Notes: generated from the sequence alone by a model not told the origin. Numbered from the stretch's first letter, positions 20,868 to 31,822 are shown. The stretch: 42,465 nucleotides of DNA from Thraustochytrium aureum (GCA_012862495.1 BLSG01000289.1:12667-55131), one strand, 5' to 3'. A program made the numbers and translations.

Positions 20868-21998
20868 ATGCGGCGCGTGCACATTGACAGCTCCGTGCTG
20901 GGTAGGCAGTTTTTGCCCGCCGGCGACGATGCCCGCAGCGGATTCAAGTTCACACCTCGGTACGTTGACTCGCTCGGCGGAAGCGCAGCCGCTGGTGCGC
21001 TGAGCGATGTGTACCGGGACGCGGCAGACGTGATTATCTCCGCAATCCAGGTCCGCGCAGACGCCGTGCCCATGGTGGCGAGTGCGGAGAACACGGGGGA
21101 CATTACTATGACCCAGGAGACGATATCCCGAATGATTCGCGGTGTGGGCGAGCAGAGCGACCAGGGATTGGACCGCACGTACCTGGACTTTGAGCTTTTC
21201 GATCCAGCAACGCAGGCAAGGCGCGTCGTGACCGTGAACCTCAAGGGCATCTTTTCCATAGAAGTGATCGTCCTCAGCGGATTCAGTGGCACCTTGATGA
21301 ACCTCACCAACGTTCCAGTTGACCGTGACACGCTCACGTTGCTGGCGGTGTCGGGGCTCACGATGTTGTCAAACTACAACACCATGCTAACAGTCCCTGA
21401 CCCAGACCTTCCGGAGATGCCGCCACTCGCAGTCAAGCAAGAGACGATCGGGCCGATCATACGCGCGTTCACGCTGAACACGGAGACGAATGAGATTGGC
21501 CGGTTGCGCCTGCTCAGCGCATCCGGCCCGAACGCCTTTCGTAGCGCGGCCGCTGCGTTAGGGTTTGACCCGCTTAGCGACGTCGACTCGCCCAATGGCA
21601 CCCTGATATTCAACCCGCTCGATGTCCCCAATACCAGGCGATTGGTGGCTCTGGTCGACTTGCACATTGGTGGTGCTTTCGTGGCGCGTTCGCCGCTGCT
21701 AGGCACGTGCGAGTCGTTCACAGCACATAGCGCACCTGCAATGGCCAGCATGGGCGCATTGGCGCGCGCCCAGCGCGAGCTCGGGGCGGAGCTGGTGCAG
21801 AGCGACTTTGCCAATTCCGTGGCGCGGAGGAGCGGGACAAGTGGAAGCACGCTGTTTGAGTCAACAGTGGTCAGCCTACGCGCGTCGAACGGCTCGCCCC
21901 TCACGTTCGTCTCTAACACCGGTATCCAGCTGGATTTGGCTATGCTGCCGGGGTCGCTCGGGCACGCAGTTGGCCCAGGCGCGCTCGTGGTTTACTAG
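20868..21998 (+). CDS. Probable penton-like (single jelly-roll) virion protein with a large insertion
   Basis: N-terminal VHIDS and C-terminal VVSLRASNGSPLTF...IQLDL resemble the first and last strands of NCLDV penton-like proteins. The sequence is beta-rich and starts at GTAAATG. Confidence 0.5.
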   Translation: MRRVHIDSSVLGRQFLPAGDDARSGFKFTPRYVDSLGGSAAAGALSDVYRDAADVIISAIQVRADAVPMVASAENTGDITMTQETISRMIRGVGEQSDQGLDRTYLDFELFDPATQARRVVTVNLKGIFSIEVIVLSGFSGTLMNLTNVPVDRDTLTLLAVSGLTMLSNYNTMLTVPDPDLPEMPPLAVKQETIGPIIRAFTLNTETNEIGRLRLLSASGPNAFRSAAAALGFDPLSDVDSPNGTLIFNPLDVPNTRRLVALVDLHIGGAFVARSPLLGTCESFTAHSAPAMASMGALARAQRELGAELVQSDFANSVARRSGTSGSTLFESTVVSLRASNGSPLTFVSNTGIQLDLAMLPGSLGHAVGPGALVVY

Positions 21999-22034
21999 TT
22001 GGCTCTTGGCTCATCGACACGGCAAGCAGAGAAG

Positions 22035-22118
22035 TGGACATGGACACTGGACATGGACACTGGACATGGACACTGGACATGGACACTGGACATGGACACT
22101 GGACATGGGCAGTGGACA
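22035..22118. repeat. Intergenic tandem repeat of the 13-mer TGGACATGGACAC
   Basis: Five perfect copies at 22035-22099, one degenerate copy (TGGACATGGGCAG) and a final TGGACA. Confidence 0.95.
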
Positions 22119-22638
22119 GGGTTAGGGTTATGATCTTCCAAAAACAACGGAAGACGATTCGCCAAACGCATCCTCACAAAAAAACACCTCACAGTACCTT
22201 TCTTCTCACATACCGGGNNNNNNNNNNNNNNNNNNNNNNNNNNNNNNNNNNNNNNNNNNNNNNNNNNNNNNNNNNNNNNNNNNNNNNNNNNNNNNNNNNN
22301 NNNNNNNNNNNNNNNNNNNNNNNNNNNNNNNNNNNNNNNNNNNNNNNNNNNNNNNNNNNNNNNNNNNNNNNNNNNNNNNNNNNNNNNNNNNNNNNNNNNN
22401 NNNNNNNNNNNNNNNNNNNNNNNNNNNNNNNNNNNNNNNNNNNNNNNNNNNNNNNNNNNNNNNNNNNNNNNNNNNNNNNNNNNNNNNNNNNNATTGGCCG
22501 TGAAGGGAAAAACGAGCTGTGCTTTGCGACTGGCGGCTTCAGCGCTTCAGCAGACCCGCAACGCGGCCGGCCATTAACTTGGGTATCGTGCAATAGAGCA
22601 ACCGAGAGCGACAAATCGTTTGAAGAACGAGAAACGAG

Positions 22639-23175
22639 ATGGCTACGTCCGAGCAATGGACCCGCCCGGTGCGGCGCGACTGGTTCGAGGAGATTGTGAT
22701 TGAGGATGACCGCTGCATGTCTTGCGACAGCCTGATCAGGCGCTATGGCGAAGACCCGCTCGCGGTGGACCGTGGCGACGATGACGAGATGCAGGGGTGT
22801 GACGGCTGCGCGTTTTTGGTGGCGTGCTCGTCCCAGGAGGAAAAGGACGCGCGCATCATTTCGCAGGGCTGGACTCACGTCAGTTTCGACGATCACTCGA
22901 TCATCCGCGACGCGCTGTTCAATGACACCGAGGCCGAGCGCCTGGCTGCGCTGCTAAAGAAGCCGGGTTGCGTAATATCGCGCGTGATGCTGCGCAGCTA
23001 CATGCTCTCGCCGGCCGGGGAGCGGTTCCTGTTCGATGCTGCAGCCGGATGCGATCGCAAGGTAAGCATCGATCTCATCGGCCCGGACGCTGAAAATTTC
23101 CCCACTGGTGAGAGCGATAGCGAATACGACGAAGAGTTTGACGGGGACAGATCCTTTGGCTGCGACGAAGATTAG
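22639..23175 (+). CDS. Small acidic protein with two CxxC pairs and an RNI-type LRR remnant
   Basis: CMSC and CDGC. FNDTEAERLAALLKKPGCVISRVMLRSYMLSPAGERFLFDA resembles LRR units and the GCVLSRLGLRN segment of the 4301-6709 protein. Confidence 0.65.
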   Translation: MATSEQWTRPVRRDWFEEIVIEDDRCMSCDSLIRRYGEDPLAVDRGDDDEMQGCDGCAFLVACSSQEEKDARIISQGWTHVSFDDHSIIRDALFNDTEAERLAALLKKPGCVISRVMLRSYMLSPAGERFLFDAAAGCDRKVSIDLIGPDAENFPTGESDSEYDEEFDGDRSFGCDED

Positions 23176-23204
23176 GTTGGCGAGTCCAGGGGCGGTCAGG
23201 GCGC

Positions 23205-23591
23205 ATGGCGCTTGCGGCCCGCAAGGCAGCGGCGGCGCTGGCCGCTCGTCGTCGTGCGGAGGAGCGCGAGGCCCGGCGCGTCATGCTCGAACAGCGGAAC
23301 GCCGCCTTGGCCGCCTTGGCGCCCGTGGACCAGGCGGCCGTTGCCGCGCAGCGCAGCGCTGCCGCCCTGGCAGCCTACTACGCCGCCCGTGAGCGACGCA
23401 CGCCGCGCGACCTTTCGCCAGCCTTCCTGCACACGAACGCACCGATTTTCGAGCAGGAGACGGTCGAAATGCGCAACGATGCCGCTCGCATTGCTGCAGA
23501 CCAGCAGCGCGCACGGCTCACCGTGCGCGACATTCGTGAGCTCTCAGGTACTGTCGCGTTCGACACAAGTAAAAGTAGCCAGTGGACATGA
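23205..23591 (+). CDS. Hypothetical Ala/Arg-rich helical protein
   Basis: 128-aa ORF directly after the previous gene, with GC3-rich codons. Confidence 0.6.
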   Translation: MALAARKAAAALAARRRAEEREARRVMLEQRNAALAALAPVDQAAVAAQRSAAALAAYYAARERRTPRDLSPAFLHTNAPIFEQETVEMRNDAARIAADQQRARLTVRDIRELSGTVAFDTSKSSQWT

Positions 23592-23640
23592 TCAACCACA
23601 TGCTTTTCTTTTAGCGTATTCGGGGTTCGCGGGTCGCCGG

Positions 23641-24546
23641 TCACGCCGCGTGAACGGCGCACATGCCCATCACGCAGTGTGCCGCGTCCCAGATCCCTTT
23701 GAGAGTTCGAAGGAAAGTCTGGATGAAATCTACCCACGTACGCCCTATGCGACCGACCCGGTAGACAAACTCCAGTTCAGGGTTTCCGATTCTGCGAACA
23801 GCCTCCGATGGTGTGAACGACACTGTCGAATACACCGAACTCGCCCTGCGCCGGACCGAGCCCCTGGGTCCTATTTCCAAGGTCTGCGCAACGCGCGGTC
23901 TGTCGAATGCACCGTTGCGAACGCGTTGCCACCATGGGACAGGTCGCGCGAGAGGTGCGTTCTTGTGTATTTCCTTCACTACGTTCGGCGGCACCAGATC
24001 CCCCACCGACGGGACCGCATGCTGTGCACTCGAACTCGTTGGCGCAACCTTTGCACGCTTCCCTCGCGGCTCGCGGCTCGCACGCTCTATACGTTGAGCA
24101 ACCATGGACCGGAGCCTCTCGATCAGCGATGCACTGGTCGGAGCGGCTGGATCAGCGCTACCGACTGCGAAACTCGCGTGCTCCGCGTCCGCGGCAGCAG
24201 ATTCGACGGACGGGGCTCGGTCTCTGAACGACACTGCGCCCGGGTTTGTCACCGTGGGAATACTGCTGCGGCGCCGCGATGCAGTGGCGGGAGGTTCCGT
24301 TGCCTGCGAACTTGGTTCCGAATGTGCATTTGGGTCATGTTGAGCAGCGTGTTGCTGCCAGACGCGCGCGGCCACGGCTCCCCAGTCCGTTCGGTTGGCG
24401 CCGGACGATGGAGCGGGGGGCGGTGCGGGATCCCTGCGGTAGAGTTCGTCGTGCAAGTGCTCATGGATCGCGTACGCGATAAACGCTAGCACGAAGATGC
24501 CGGCGAATGTCGCCACAGCGATTTCCACCGGGCTTACTTCGGACAT
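23641..24546 (-). CDS. Single-pass membrane protein with a disordered tail
   Basis: N-terminal TM IAVATFAGIFVLAFIAYAI, start context GTAATG, and a KRAKV motif. Confidence 0.65.
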   Translation of the reverse strand: MSEVSPVEIAVATFAGIFVLAFIAYAIHEHLHDELYRRDPAPPPAPSSGANRTDWGAVAARVWQQHAAQHDPNAHSEPSSQATEPPATASRRRSSIPTVTNPGAVSFRDRAPSVESAAADAEHASFAVGSADPAAPTSASLIERLRSMVAQRIERASREPRGKRAKVAPTSSSAQHAVPSVGDLVPPNVVKEIHKNAPLARPVPWWQRVRNGAFDRPRVAQTLEIGPRGSVRRRASSVYSTVSFTPSEAVRRIGNPELEFVYRVGRIGRTWVDFIQTFLRTLKGIWDAAHCVMGMCAVHAA

Positions 24547-24697
24547 TACAGTGTCAACTCAAAATTTGTTTCGCTCGCAGTCAATCGACAGTCTCGCCGC
24601 GGAGGATCGACGGCTCGCACCACGTTCGTTCGCAGTACGCAAAGAGAATTTTTAAAAAGTAAAGAAAAAGTAAAGTAAAGAAATGAAAAGAGACCGA

Positions 24698-25862
24698 TCA
24701 GCGCACGCGCTGCTCGCCCGTGACGGGCTCGATCACCGTGAGCCGCAGCACCATGAACCACGCGTCAGCGGCGCTCATCTCGTACTCGGTGAGGTCCTCT
24801 TTGACCAGTCTCACGGTCAGCGCGCCCAGACGCGAGCGCGTGGAGCGAAAGTCGTGGCGCACCGGGAAGCTGTTGTTGGTGAGGTCAAAGGTGGAGGGCG
24901 AACCGTCCGCGCTGGTCTGCGGCAGGATGAAGGCGCCGAACATGTCGGCGGCGTCTACAGAGGCGTCCGCAGGGCTCAGCCGGCTTCGAACCTGCGCACC
25001 GTCCGCGTTGTTCAGCTCGCGGATGTCCACGAAGACCGCCCGGGGCGAGCGCAGGTTGGCCCGGGCCAGACCCAACATCGCGTCCTGGAAACGGGTGCCG
25101 TCCTCTGCCACGCCCATCCCGGCCACGGCGATTCGAGCGTCTGTGGCACCTGTGACGAGCAACAACGTGCCGCCATCCGCGGAGNNNNNNNNNNNNNNNN
25201 NNNNNNNNNNNNNNNNNNNNNNNNNNNNNNNNNNNNNNNNNNNNNNNNNNNNNNNNNNNNNNNNNNNNNNNNNNNNNNNNNNNNNNNNNNNNNNNNNNNN
25301 NNNNNNNNNNNNNNNNNNNNNNNNNNNNNNNNNNNNNNNNNNNNNNNNNNNNNNNNNNNNNNNNNNNNNNNNNNNNNNNNNNNNNNNNNNNNNNNNNNNN
25401 NNNNNNNNNNNNNNNNNNNNNNNNNNNNNNNNNNNNNNNNNNNNNNNNNNNNNNNNNNNNNNNNNNNNNNNNNNNNNNNNNNNNNNNNNNNNNNNNNNNN
25501 NNNNNNNNNNNNNNNNNNNNNNNNNNNNNNNNNNNGTTGTTCAGCGGGCTCTGCAGCTCCACGCGAAAAGCGTTCGGGCGCTGGAAGCTGCACGCGTCGC
25601 GCATGCCCGAGTGCAGGTACAGGTACACTTGGCGCTCCTCCACCTCATGCCGGGGCGCGTGCACCACCTCCACGGGCCGCGAGCACGCCGCACGCGACAC
25701 CGCTTGAGCGAACGCATCCTGTCTGCGCTGCGGCAGCACGGACATTTGCGCAGGCGGCGGCGGCGGCGTTGGTGGCCCCACTGTAACGGCGCTGGATGCA
25801 CGCCCCCGGGGCATGCCGCTGACCGGGCGCGTGGCCGGCTGGCGCTGCATCGGCGGAGGCAT
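24698..25862 (-). CDS. Penton-like (single jelly-roll) NCLDV virion protein; spans the gap at 25185-25535
   Basis: VYLYLHSGMRDACSFQRPNAFRVELQSPLNN matches the recalled N-terminal signature (xDSxxRD..(Y/F)P.PN.(Y/F)...L..P..NV). The C-terminus FRSTRSRLGALTVRLVKEDLTEYEM..WFMVLRL also fits. Frame changes inside the gap. Confidence 0.65.
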
Positions 25863-25977
25863 GTTAATGAGCGTCGATGTGCTGCTCTCTCGCTCTCGCA
25901 CCACCGAAGAACACAACGAACGGAAGAACAACGAAGGAAAGAACGACGGACATGCACAAACACCTCGCGTTGGGCTC

Positions 25978-26355
25978 ATGGCCGAGTCGCGCGAAAAAAA
26001 AACACGCGCGGTAGAGCAAGGTCAGGAGTTCGATGCAGGAGCGGCTGGTTTAACGCACACGCCGCTTGAAAAGCCTCTAGCGATATCTGCGATGCTGCCG
26101 CTGCGCAAAAACCCGGCCCTTGAGAAGCTCGACCGCGCGTGGGCTTCGTCAACGCTGGCGCTTGTGCTCGTCGCCAACACAGCAGCGTACCTGGCGCCCT
26201 TTGACAGCGACCTCTTCCCGCTGATTGTGGTAGCGTCACTCGCCGCGCTTGTCATCACCCTCGTGGCGCCGTTTGTGAGCTACATTAGAGCGGCCCGGCG
26301 CGCGCAAAAGCACCTCGGCGCGCAAGCACGCCAGTTCGCGGAGATCGTTCCTTAG
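25978..26355 (+). CDS. Small 2-TM hairpin membrane protein (start 25978 or 26092)
   Basis: TMs TLALVLVANTAAYLAPF and LFPLIVVASLAALVITLVAPFV. Confidence 0.6.
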   Translation: MAESREKKTRAVEQGQEFDAGAAGLTHTPLEKPLAISAMLPLRKNPALEKLDRAWASSTLALVLVANTAAYLAPFDSDLFPLIVVASLAALVITLVAPFVSYIRAARRAQKHLGAQARQFAEIVP

Positions 26356-26382
26356 CAGGGATGAGCGAACAATGGGGCGTTA

Positions 26383-27849
26383 TTAGCCACCTTGCGGGTT
26401 GTGAATATGCATGGGGACGCTACCATCGTGAATCGCGTACATTCCACCCTTGTACATCAATGCATGCATGCCAAGTAGCGTAGCTAACTGAAAAACCGTG
26501 TCAGTCACGTAAACGTATGCTTTAGTAGCCCCCTCTAAAAGTCGTTGCTTGATTGTTCGCGGCTGTAGAACACTCCACGTTTTGACGAATGACGCAATGT
26601 TGAGCATTGCCTGTTCGACAACACCAGCCTCCCGCTTCTTTTCCTCGATCATTCTGTGGTCCCTGAACTGCTGGTACGAAGTTACAATCAAACTCTCCAG
26701 TTCGTCGTTGGGCGTGATGTTACCTTCGCTGAGCTTGGAAAACCCGAACGCGAGTTTGCGATGTTTGATGCCAGCGGCGCTCAGAGTGTGTTTGAGTTCC
26801 ATTGCCGCTGAGTACTCAGCAACAATGATTCTTTGTTCTCTATCGAATTGGTTTTGGAGCGCTGCATTGTATTGGTCTTGCGTGTACGAGGAGACAAATG
26901 CCGTAGTGTAGGCTACGAGTAGAGAGAGCATAAACATTGCCGATGTTTTTGCGTTGATGGATGAAGCGGCGCGTCCAAAAATGCCTTTACCACCCCTGGC
27001 CTTCAAACCCTTAGACTCGGTTTGGATCTCGCTGTTCAGCCGTTGCACGTTCTCATTTAGCGTTTCGACTGTCACCGCCCCAGACTCGGGAACGCTGCCG
27101 CCAGACTCCGCAATGGCGGCTTTTGCGATTGCGTCGATGTTCTGGGAGCCACCCTGCTGGCTTACCGCCTTGAGGAGCGAGTCGTAACCGCCATTCATGG
27201 CTTTTTTGACAAGGGATTTGGCAGCGGACTTCTGCTCCGGCGTTGAATCTGGGATCTCGGGGGCTTTTGCCGCGTTGTTTTCGACGGACTTTGCAGTTTC
27301 CTCGCTGTGCTCGGCCAGTTTATCAGACGCTTTCACTACCTCGTCAACAGCGTCGGGCAATACCGCACGCGCGCGGGCGCGAACGCGTGCGTAGTACCCT
27401 GTTGCGATCACCGCAGAGAGAACCAGTACACAGGATACCGCCACCGCCGCAACGACCGGCACGGTCCAAACGGTGCTGATCGCTTCACCAGCGGACCCTG
27501 CACCCCCAGCCCCACCCGCCTCGCCAGGCCCCCCTGGGTTCTCTGGACCGTCCCCGGCGCCAATGTCGGCGGCGCCATCGACCGGGGTAGGCTCGCCCCA
27601 CAAATTGAAGGGCAGTTTGTCGTTTACTATCGCCCATGCCAGCGCAAATGATGCGCCGACGAGAAGGACCATGGCTGCAATCTTCTTCTTCGTTTCATTC
27701 AGCTCGCGGGATAGGAAGAGGAGCAGCGATGCCGACGAGCCGCCCGTGAATGATGTGTTGTACGCTTTTCGGGAAAAGCCAACAGGGCCGTTGCCGGCGG
27801 GACCGCCGTTTATAGCACCTTGCTGCGGCGGCATCGATGTGCTCGCCAT
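26383..27849 (-). CDS. Membrane protein: TM, Gly-rich loop, TM, long helical region with further hydrophobic segments
   Basis: IAAMVLLVGASFALAWAIV, GPENPGGPGEAGGAGGAG, VPVVAAVAVSCVLVLSAVIATGYY and AMFMLSLLVAYTTAFV. Confidence 0.75.
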   Translation of the reverse strand: MASTSMPPQQGAINGGPAGNGPVGFSRKAYNTSFTGGSSASLLLFLSRELNETKKKIAAMVLLVGASFALAWAIVNDKLPFNLWGEPTPVDGAADIGAGDGPENPGGPGEAGGAGGAGSAGEAISTVWTVPVVAAVAVSCVLVLSAVIATGYYARVRARARAVLPDAVDEVVKASDKLAEHSEETAKSVENNAAKAPEIPDSTPEQKSAAKSLVKKAMNGGYDSLLKAVSQQGGSQNIDAIAKAAIAESGGSVPESGAVTVETLNENVQRLNSEIQTESKGLKARGGKGIFGRAASSINAKTSAMFMLSLLVAYTTAFVSSYTQDQYNAALQNQFDREQRIIVAEYSAAMELKHTLSAAGIKHRKLAFGFSKLSEGNITPNDELESLIVTSYQQFRDHRMIEEKKREAGVVEQAMLNIASFVKTWSVLQPRTIKQRLLEGATKAYVYVTDTVFQLATLLGMHALMYKGGMYAIHDGSVPMHIHNPQGG

Positions 27850-28369
27850 CGTGTTTCGCGAGACCTGATTTGGCTCGGACGTGTTTCGCCCAGTCACACA
27901 ATCAACCAACGAATGACAAGAAGAAAAAAAACATACTTTTTTTACNNNNNNNNNNNNNNNNNNNNNNNNNNNNNNNNNNNNNNNNNNNNNNNNNNNNNNN
28001 NNNNNNNNNNNNNNNNNNNNNNNNNNNNNNNNNNNNNNNNNNNNNNNNNNNNNNNNNNNNNNNNNNNNNNNNNNNNNNNNNNNNNNNNNNNNNNNNNNNN
28101 NNNNNNNNNNNNNNNNNNNNNNNNNNNNNNNNNNNNNNNNNNNNNNNNNNNNNNNNNNNNNNNNNNNNNNNNNNNNNNNNNNNNNNNNNNNNNNNNNNNN
28201 NNNNNNNNNNNNNNNNNNNNNNNNNNNNNNNNNNNNNNNNNNNNNNNNNNNNNNNNNNNNNNNNNNNNNNNNNNNNNNNNNNNNNNNNNNNNNNNNNNNN
28301 NNNNNNNNNNNNNNNNNNNNNNNNNNNNNNNNNNNNNNNNNNNNNNNNNNNNNNNNNNNNNNNNNNNNN

Positions 28370-28600
28370 GCAAAGTTTGTTCTGCCTGGATTCAAAGGTT
28401 CGCGGTTCGACGGTTTTCACGGGCGTGGCAATCGCACCGGTCGTGGTGCGTGTTGGCACCGTCGTCATCTCCACTGAGCGCGAGCGCGCTTCGACGGGTG
28501 CTAGACTGGCGAGCGTGGAGAGCTGCATGGACAGTTTGATCGGTCGCAGATGGTCGTTGTAATCTCCGTTCGGGCTTTGTCGCTCTGCCACCGGTCCCAT
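28370..28600 (-). CDS. 5' part of a hypothetical protein running into the gap at 27946-28369
   Basis: Open frame from ATG at 28600 or 28528 (MQLSTLASLAPV...FESRQNKLC) into the Ns. Confidence 0.3.
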
Positions 28601-29024
28601 AACGCAACAGGAGGCGGCGATGCGTCCTCCAAAAAAAATTTCTGTGACACGCCAACATCATTCACTTGAAGGAGGCGGAGGCGCACGGACAGAAGGTCGG
28701 TCAGGCACGGGAAAGGGAAGGATCGAGAGACAATCGTAGAGGTACGATTGTGTGGCGGACGGCGCACTTGAAAGAGGGAAAAAGCACATCATCGCGCATT
28801 CTTGCGTTGTCGTTTCACCACGCACGCCCGGTGCCACCCGATCACGTGCCCCTCTAAATTTTGATTTTTAGCGGGTTAACTTCCCGCTTCTCGACGTATC
28901 CTGAAGTGACAGGCCAGCAGACCCCTAACTTGAACTGGCTTTCGCGTGCAAGGAGTAGCATCGGTAGCAGTACAAAAAGCGTAACCCGTTGGGCAGGTGC
29001 ACAGTGCGATCTGACACTGGGGCA

Positions 29025-30398
29025 ATGCAGGTTGGCGAACCCCCGATGGAGAGCCCGCCCGTGCGCGCTACACACGAAGCCAGCGGTAATGGCTCCAACG
29101 AGCTCGAACGCTTCTATGCCAGGCTCGATGTGTTCGTGAACGCCATGTGCCAGCGCTTCCCGGGCGACTCGAGGTACCAGAACTGCAAGAGCATGCTCAA
29201 CATGGCCAAGATCTCTCGGGCCATGCAATCTTCCGTGATGGAGCAGTTCCGCGAAGCCACCGCCGCTCATGCCGAGGGCCTCTGCGCGGGGAACCGCGCC
29301 ACGCTCATTGCGCTGTGCAAAAATACCGACGTTATCTTCGTGCGCAACTTGGGCCTGGACGAGGTGCTCGAGGACCCTGTCGTTNNNNNNNNNNNNNNNN
29401 NNNNNNNNNNNNNNNNNNNNNNNNNNNNNNNNNNNNNNNNNNNNNNNNNNNNNNNNNNNNNNNNNNNNNNNNNNNNNNNNNNNNNNNNNNNNNNNNNNNN
29501 NNNNNNNNNNNNNNNNNNNNNNNNNNNNNNNNNNNNNNNNNNNNNNNNNNNNNNNNNNNNNNNNNNNNNNNNNNNNNNNNNNNNNNNNNNNNNNNNNNNN
29601 NNNNNNNNNNNNNNNNNNNNNNNNNNNNNNNNNNNNNNNNNNNNNNNNNNNNNNNNNNNNNNNNNNNNNNNNNNNNNNNNNNNNNNNNNNNNNNNNNNNN
29701 NNNNNNNNNNNNNNNNNNNNNNNNNNNNNNNNNNNNNNNNNNNNNNNNNNNNNNNNNNNNNNNNNNNNNNNNNNNNNNNNNNNNNNNNNNNNNNNNNNNN
29801 NNNNNNNNNNNNNNNNNNNNNNNNNNNNNNNNNNNNNNNNNNNNNNNNNNNNNNNNNNNNNNNNNNNNAGAAGGTCAACGCCATCGTCAACGACCCTAGC
29901 GAGGACAACGTCGTGGGGCACCTGATCCGCCAGATGCTGCTGAACCCGGACGCGCTCAACAGCACGATGGACTCTGCTCTGGGCGGCCTCGCGGGCCTCA
30001 ACCTCGGCAGCGGCCAGTCGGAGCTTACCGCAAGCATGGCAGCTGCGATGGCGGCGCATGGTCGAGGGAGCCATGGCCATGGGCACCGGCGCGGGCATCG
30101 AGGCAACGCTGGTGAATCGCGCCACCGCAACCATTCGCCGCCGCATGGGACGGACGACGGGGACGCGCACGATGGCGCTTCGGGCAACGACGACAACGTG
30201 CCGCTGCACCACAGGCGCAGGTACCGCGGCGCTGCGCGCAACCGGATGCTGCGCGAGCGGCGCCAGTCGGTGTACCCCGGGACGAACGAGGCCGGTGAGA
30301 TCCATCGCGAGATTAACAACGTCGCGCTAGGCGGCGAGGGCGGCAACGCTGCCGACGCCATCGACGGTTACGAGTACGAGTCGAAGCGAGAGGACTAG
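29025..30398 (+). CDS. Helical protein resembling a conserved uncharacterised NCLDV family, with a His/Arg-rich disordered tail
   Basis: FYARLDVFVNAMCQRFPGD...VMEQFREAT...LGLDEV pattern. Frame is preserved across the gap at 29385-29868. Confidence 0.65.
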   Translation: MQVGEPPMESPPVRATHEASGNGSNELERFYARLDVFVNAMCQRFPGDSRYQNCKSMLNMAKISRAMQSSVMEQFREATAAHAEGLCAGNRATLIALCKNTDVIFVRNLGLDEVLEDPVVXXXXXXXXXXXXXXXXXXXXXXXXXXXXXXXXXXXXXXXXXXXXXXXXXXXXXXXXXXXXXXXXXXXXXXXXXXXXXXXXXXXXXXXXXXXXXXXXXXXXXXXXXXXXXXXXXXXXXXXXXXXXXXXXXXXXXXXXXXXXXXXXXXXXXXXXXXXXXXXXXXKVNAIVNDPSEDNVVGHLIRQMLLNPDALNSTMDSALGGLAGLNLGSGQSELTASMAAAMAAHGRGSHGHGHRRGHRGNAGESRHRNHSPPHGTDDGDAHDGASGNDDNVPLHHRRRYRGAARNRMLRERRQSVYPGTNEAGEIHREINNVALGGEGGNAADAIDGYEYESKRED

Positions 30399-30501
30399 TC
30401 TAGAAGGCTCAAGTCGCGGGGAGCGTTGGTCGCGCGAACAGAGACCCCGTCGAATAGCAAAGTTCAGCCGAGTTGCGTGAAATCGAGTTCTTTCTTTTGC
30501 A

Positions 30502-31566
30502 TTATGGCTCAACGATTTTCCTCATTTTCTCGACGATCAAATCAATCGTCGTAAGCAACTTGGTCTCGGGTAAAAATGCGTCATTCGCTGCAACACTCTG
30601 AATCTCCCCCTTGAGATCTGTCAGCGCAGTGCTGCCTTGTGTAAGATTGCCTTTCACTTTTTCCAGAGCACCTTTACGCCATGTCTCGAAGTGGGTGAAA
30701 AGCACGTATAAATGACGTTCCATGTCGCTTGCCTTTGCATCAAGCGAAAAGCGTTTGCCTTGACTGTCCATCGCGTCTACAAACTCACTCGCAACCTTAT
30801 TAAGGGTGTCACCGAAACCATCTTTCCCCCCATGTAGCTTGGCAATGATTTGCCGAATCGCGTCTTCTTGCGCGAGCTCCGTGAAACTTTTGACCTCAAG
30901 TTCCGAGGTGAGACGCTCGCGCTCCGCGGGGCGCGTTACCGCGTTGGTAACATCGGTGCTGATTCGCGCGACGGTAAGGGTTTGCACGGTTCTTTTGATG
31001 TTGGGATCGGTCTTGACCAGCCGCAGTATGCTATCGCGGAAGTTTTCGTCCCCACCGGCGAGCTTGTCCGCCACGGCTTCGATGTCCCTCTCCGCGGCCA
31101 ACTCGTTGGTTCGCGTGATTTTGAACTTTCGGTATGCGATCATGGCGATGTAGCCTAACGCAACTACGAACAGAAACGCAGCGGAGATGCCAATACCAAT
31201 GAAAACAGCAATGGCGAGTGAACTGTCCTGTTTTGCTTGAGCGTCCGGCGTTGACGAGTCAGGGGCAGGGTCCGCGTCAGCGCCATCGTCCTTGCCACTG
31301 TCTTCGGCACCCCCATCGGCACCATCACCGGTACCCCCGTCACCGCCGCCCTCGCCACCGTCTTCGGCTTTTTCGTCCTCGGCGAAGCCGAAGGCGCGTG
31401 ACAGGGCAAAGTTGCCTGGGTAGACTCTGTCCATCAGGTAGAACAGGGCAATCACAGCCGCGGCCAGGTCTGCGATAATGCGCATCGTAGAAGTGACCAG
31501 CGCATAGTGCGAACTGGTGTTAATCCGAAATCGCGGCAGGCGCGGCATGATGGACTGCGTGTTCAT
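30502..31566 (-). CDS. Membrane protein: TM, Gly/Asp-rich loop, TM, helical tail
   Basis: IIADLAAAVIALFYLM, EDGGEGGGDGGTGDGADGG and LAIAVFIGIGISAAFLFVVALGYIAMIAY. Confidence 0.75.
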   Translation of the reverse strand: MNTQSIMPRLPRFRINTSSHYALVTSTMRIIADLAAAVIALFYLMDRVYPGNFALSRAFGFAEDEKAEDGGEGGGDGGTGDGADGGAEDSGKDDGADADPAPDSSTPDAQAKQDSSLAIAVFIGIGISAAFLFVVALGYIAMIAYRKFKITRTNELAAERDIEAVADKLAGGDENFRDSILRLVKTDPNIKRTVQTLTVARISTDVTNAVTRPAERERLTSELEVKSFTELAQEDAIRQIIAKLHGGKDGFGDTLNKVASEFVDAMDSQGKRFSLDAKASDMERHLYVLFTHFETWRKGALEKVKGNLTQGSTALTDLKGEIQSVAANDAFLPETKLLTTIDLIVEKMRKIVEP

Positions 31567-31822
31567 CGCTGCGCCGGGCACCCTCGCGGAGCAAACTCGG
31601 CTTGTCCGGTCAGCGAAGATAATTTTGTTCGCAAAGGTGCTGGGTAGGTGTGGGCAAAAAAATGAGTGTTGGACCATCCTCTGTCCACCTGTAACATGAA
31701 CTTTCTCGTTTGAATTTTGAACAACCCGCACACGCGCCACGCCGGGAGACGGGTGAAACAAGGCGGTCGGGCAAGTCAGTTCCTGCCATTGTGGCGGTGA
31801 CGGTTGCGTGCGACCAAAAAAA

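Noticed and set aside
22035..22118. CRISPR-like array
   Set aside because: The repeats are contiguous 13-mers with no unique spacers, and there are no cas genes.
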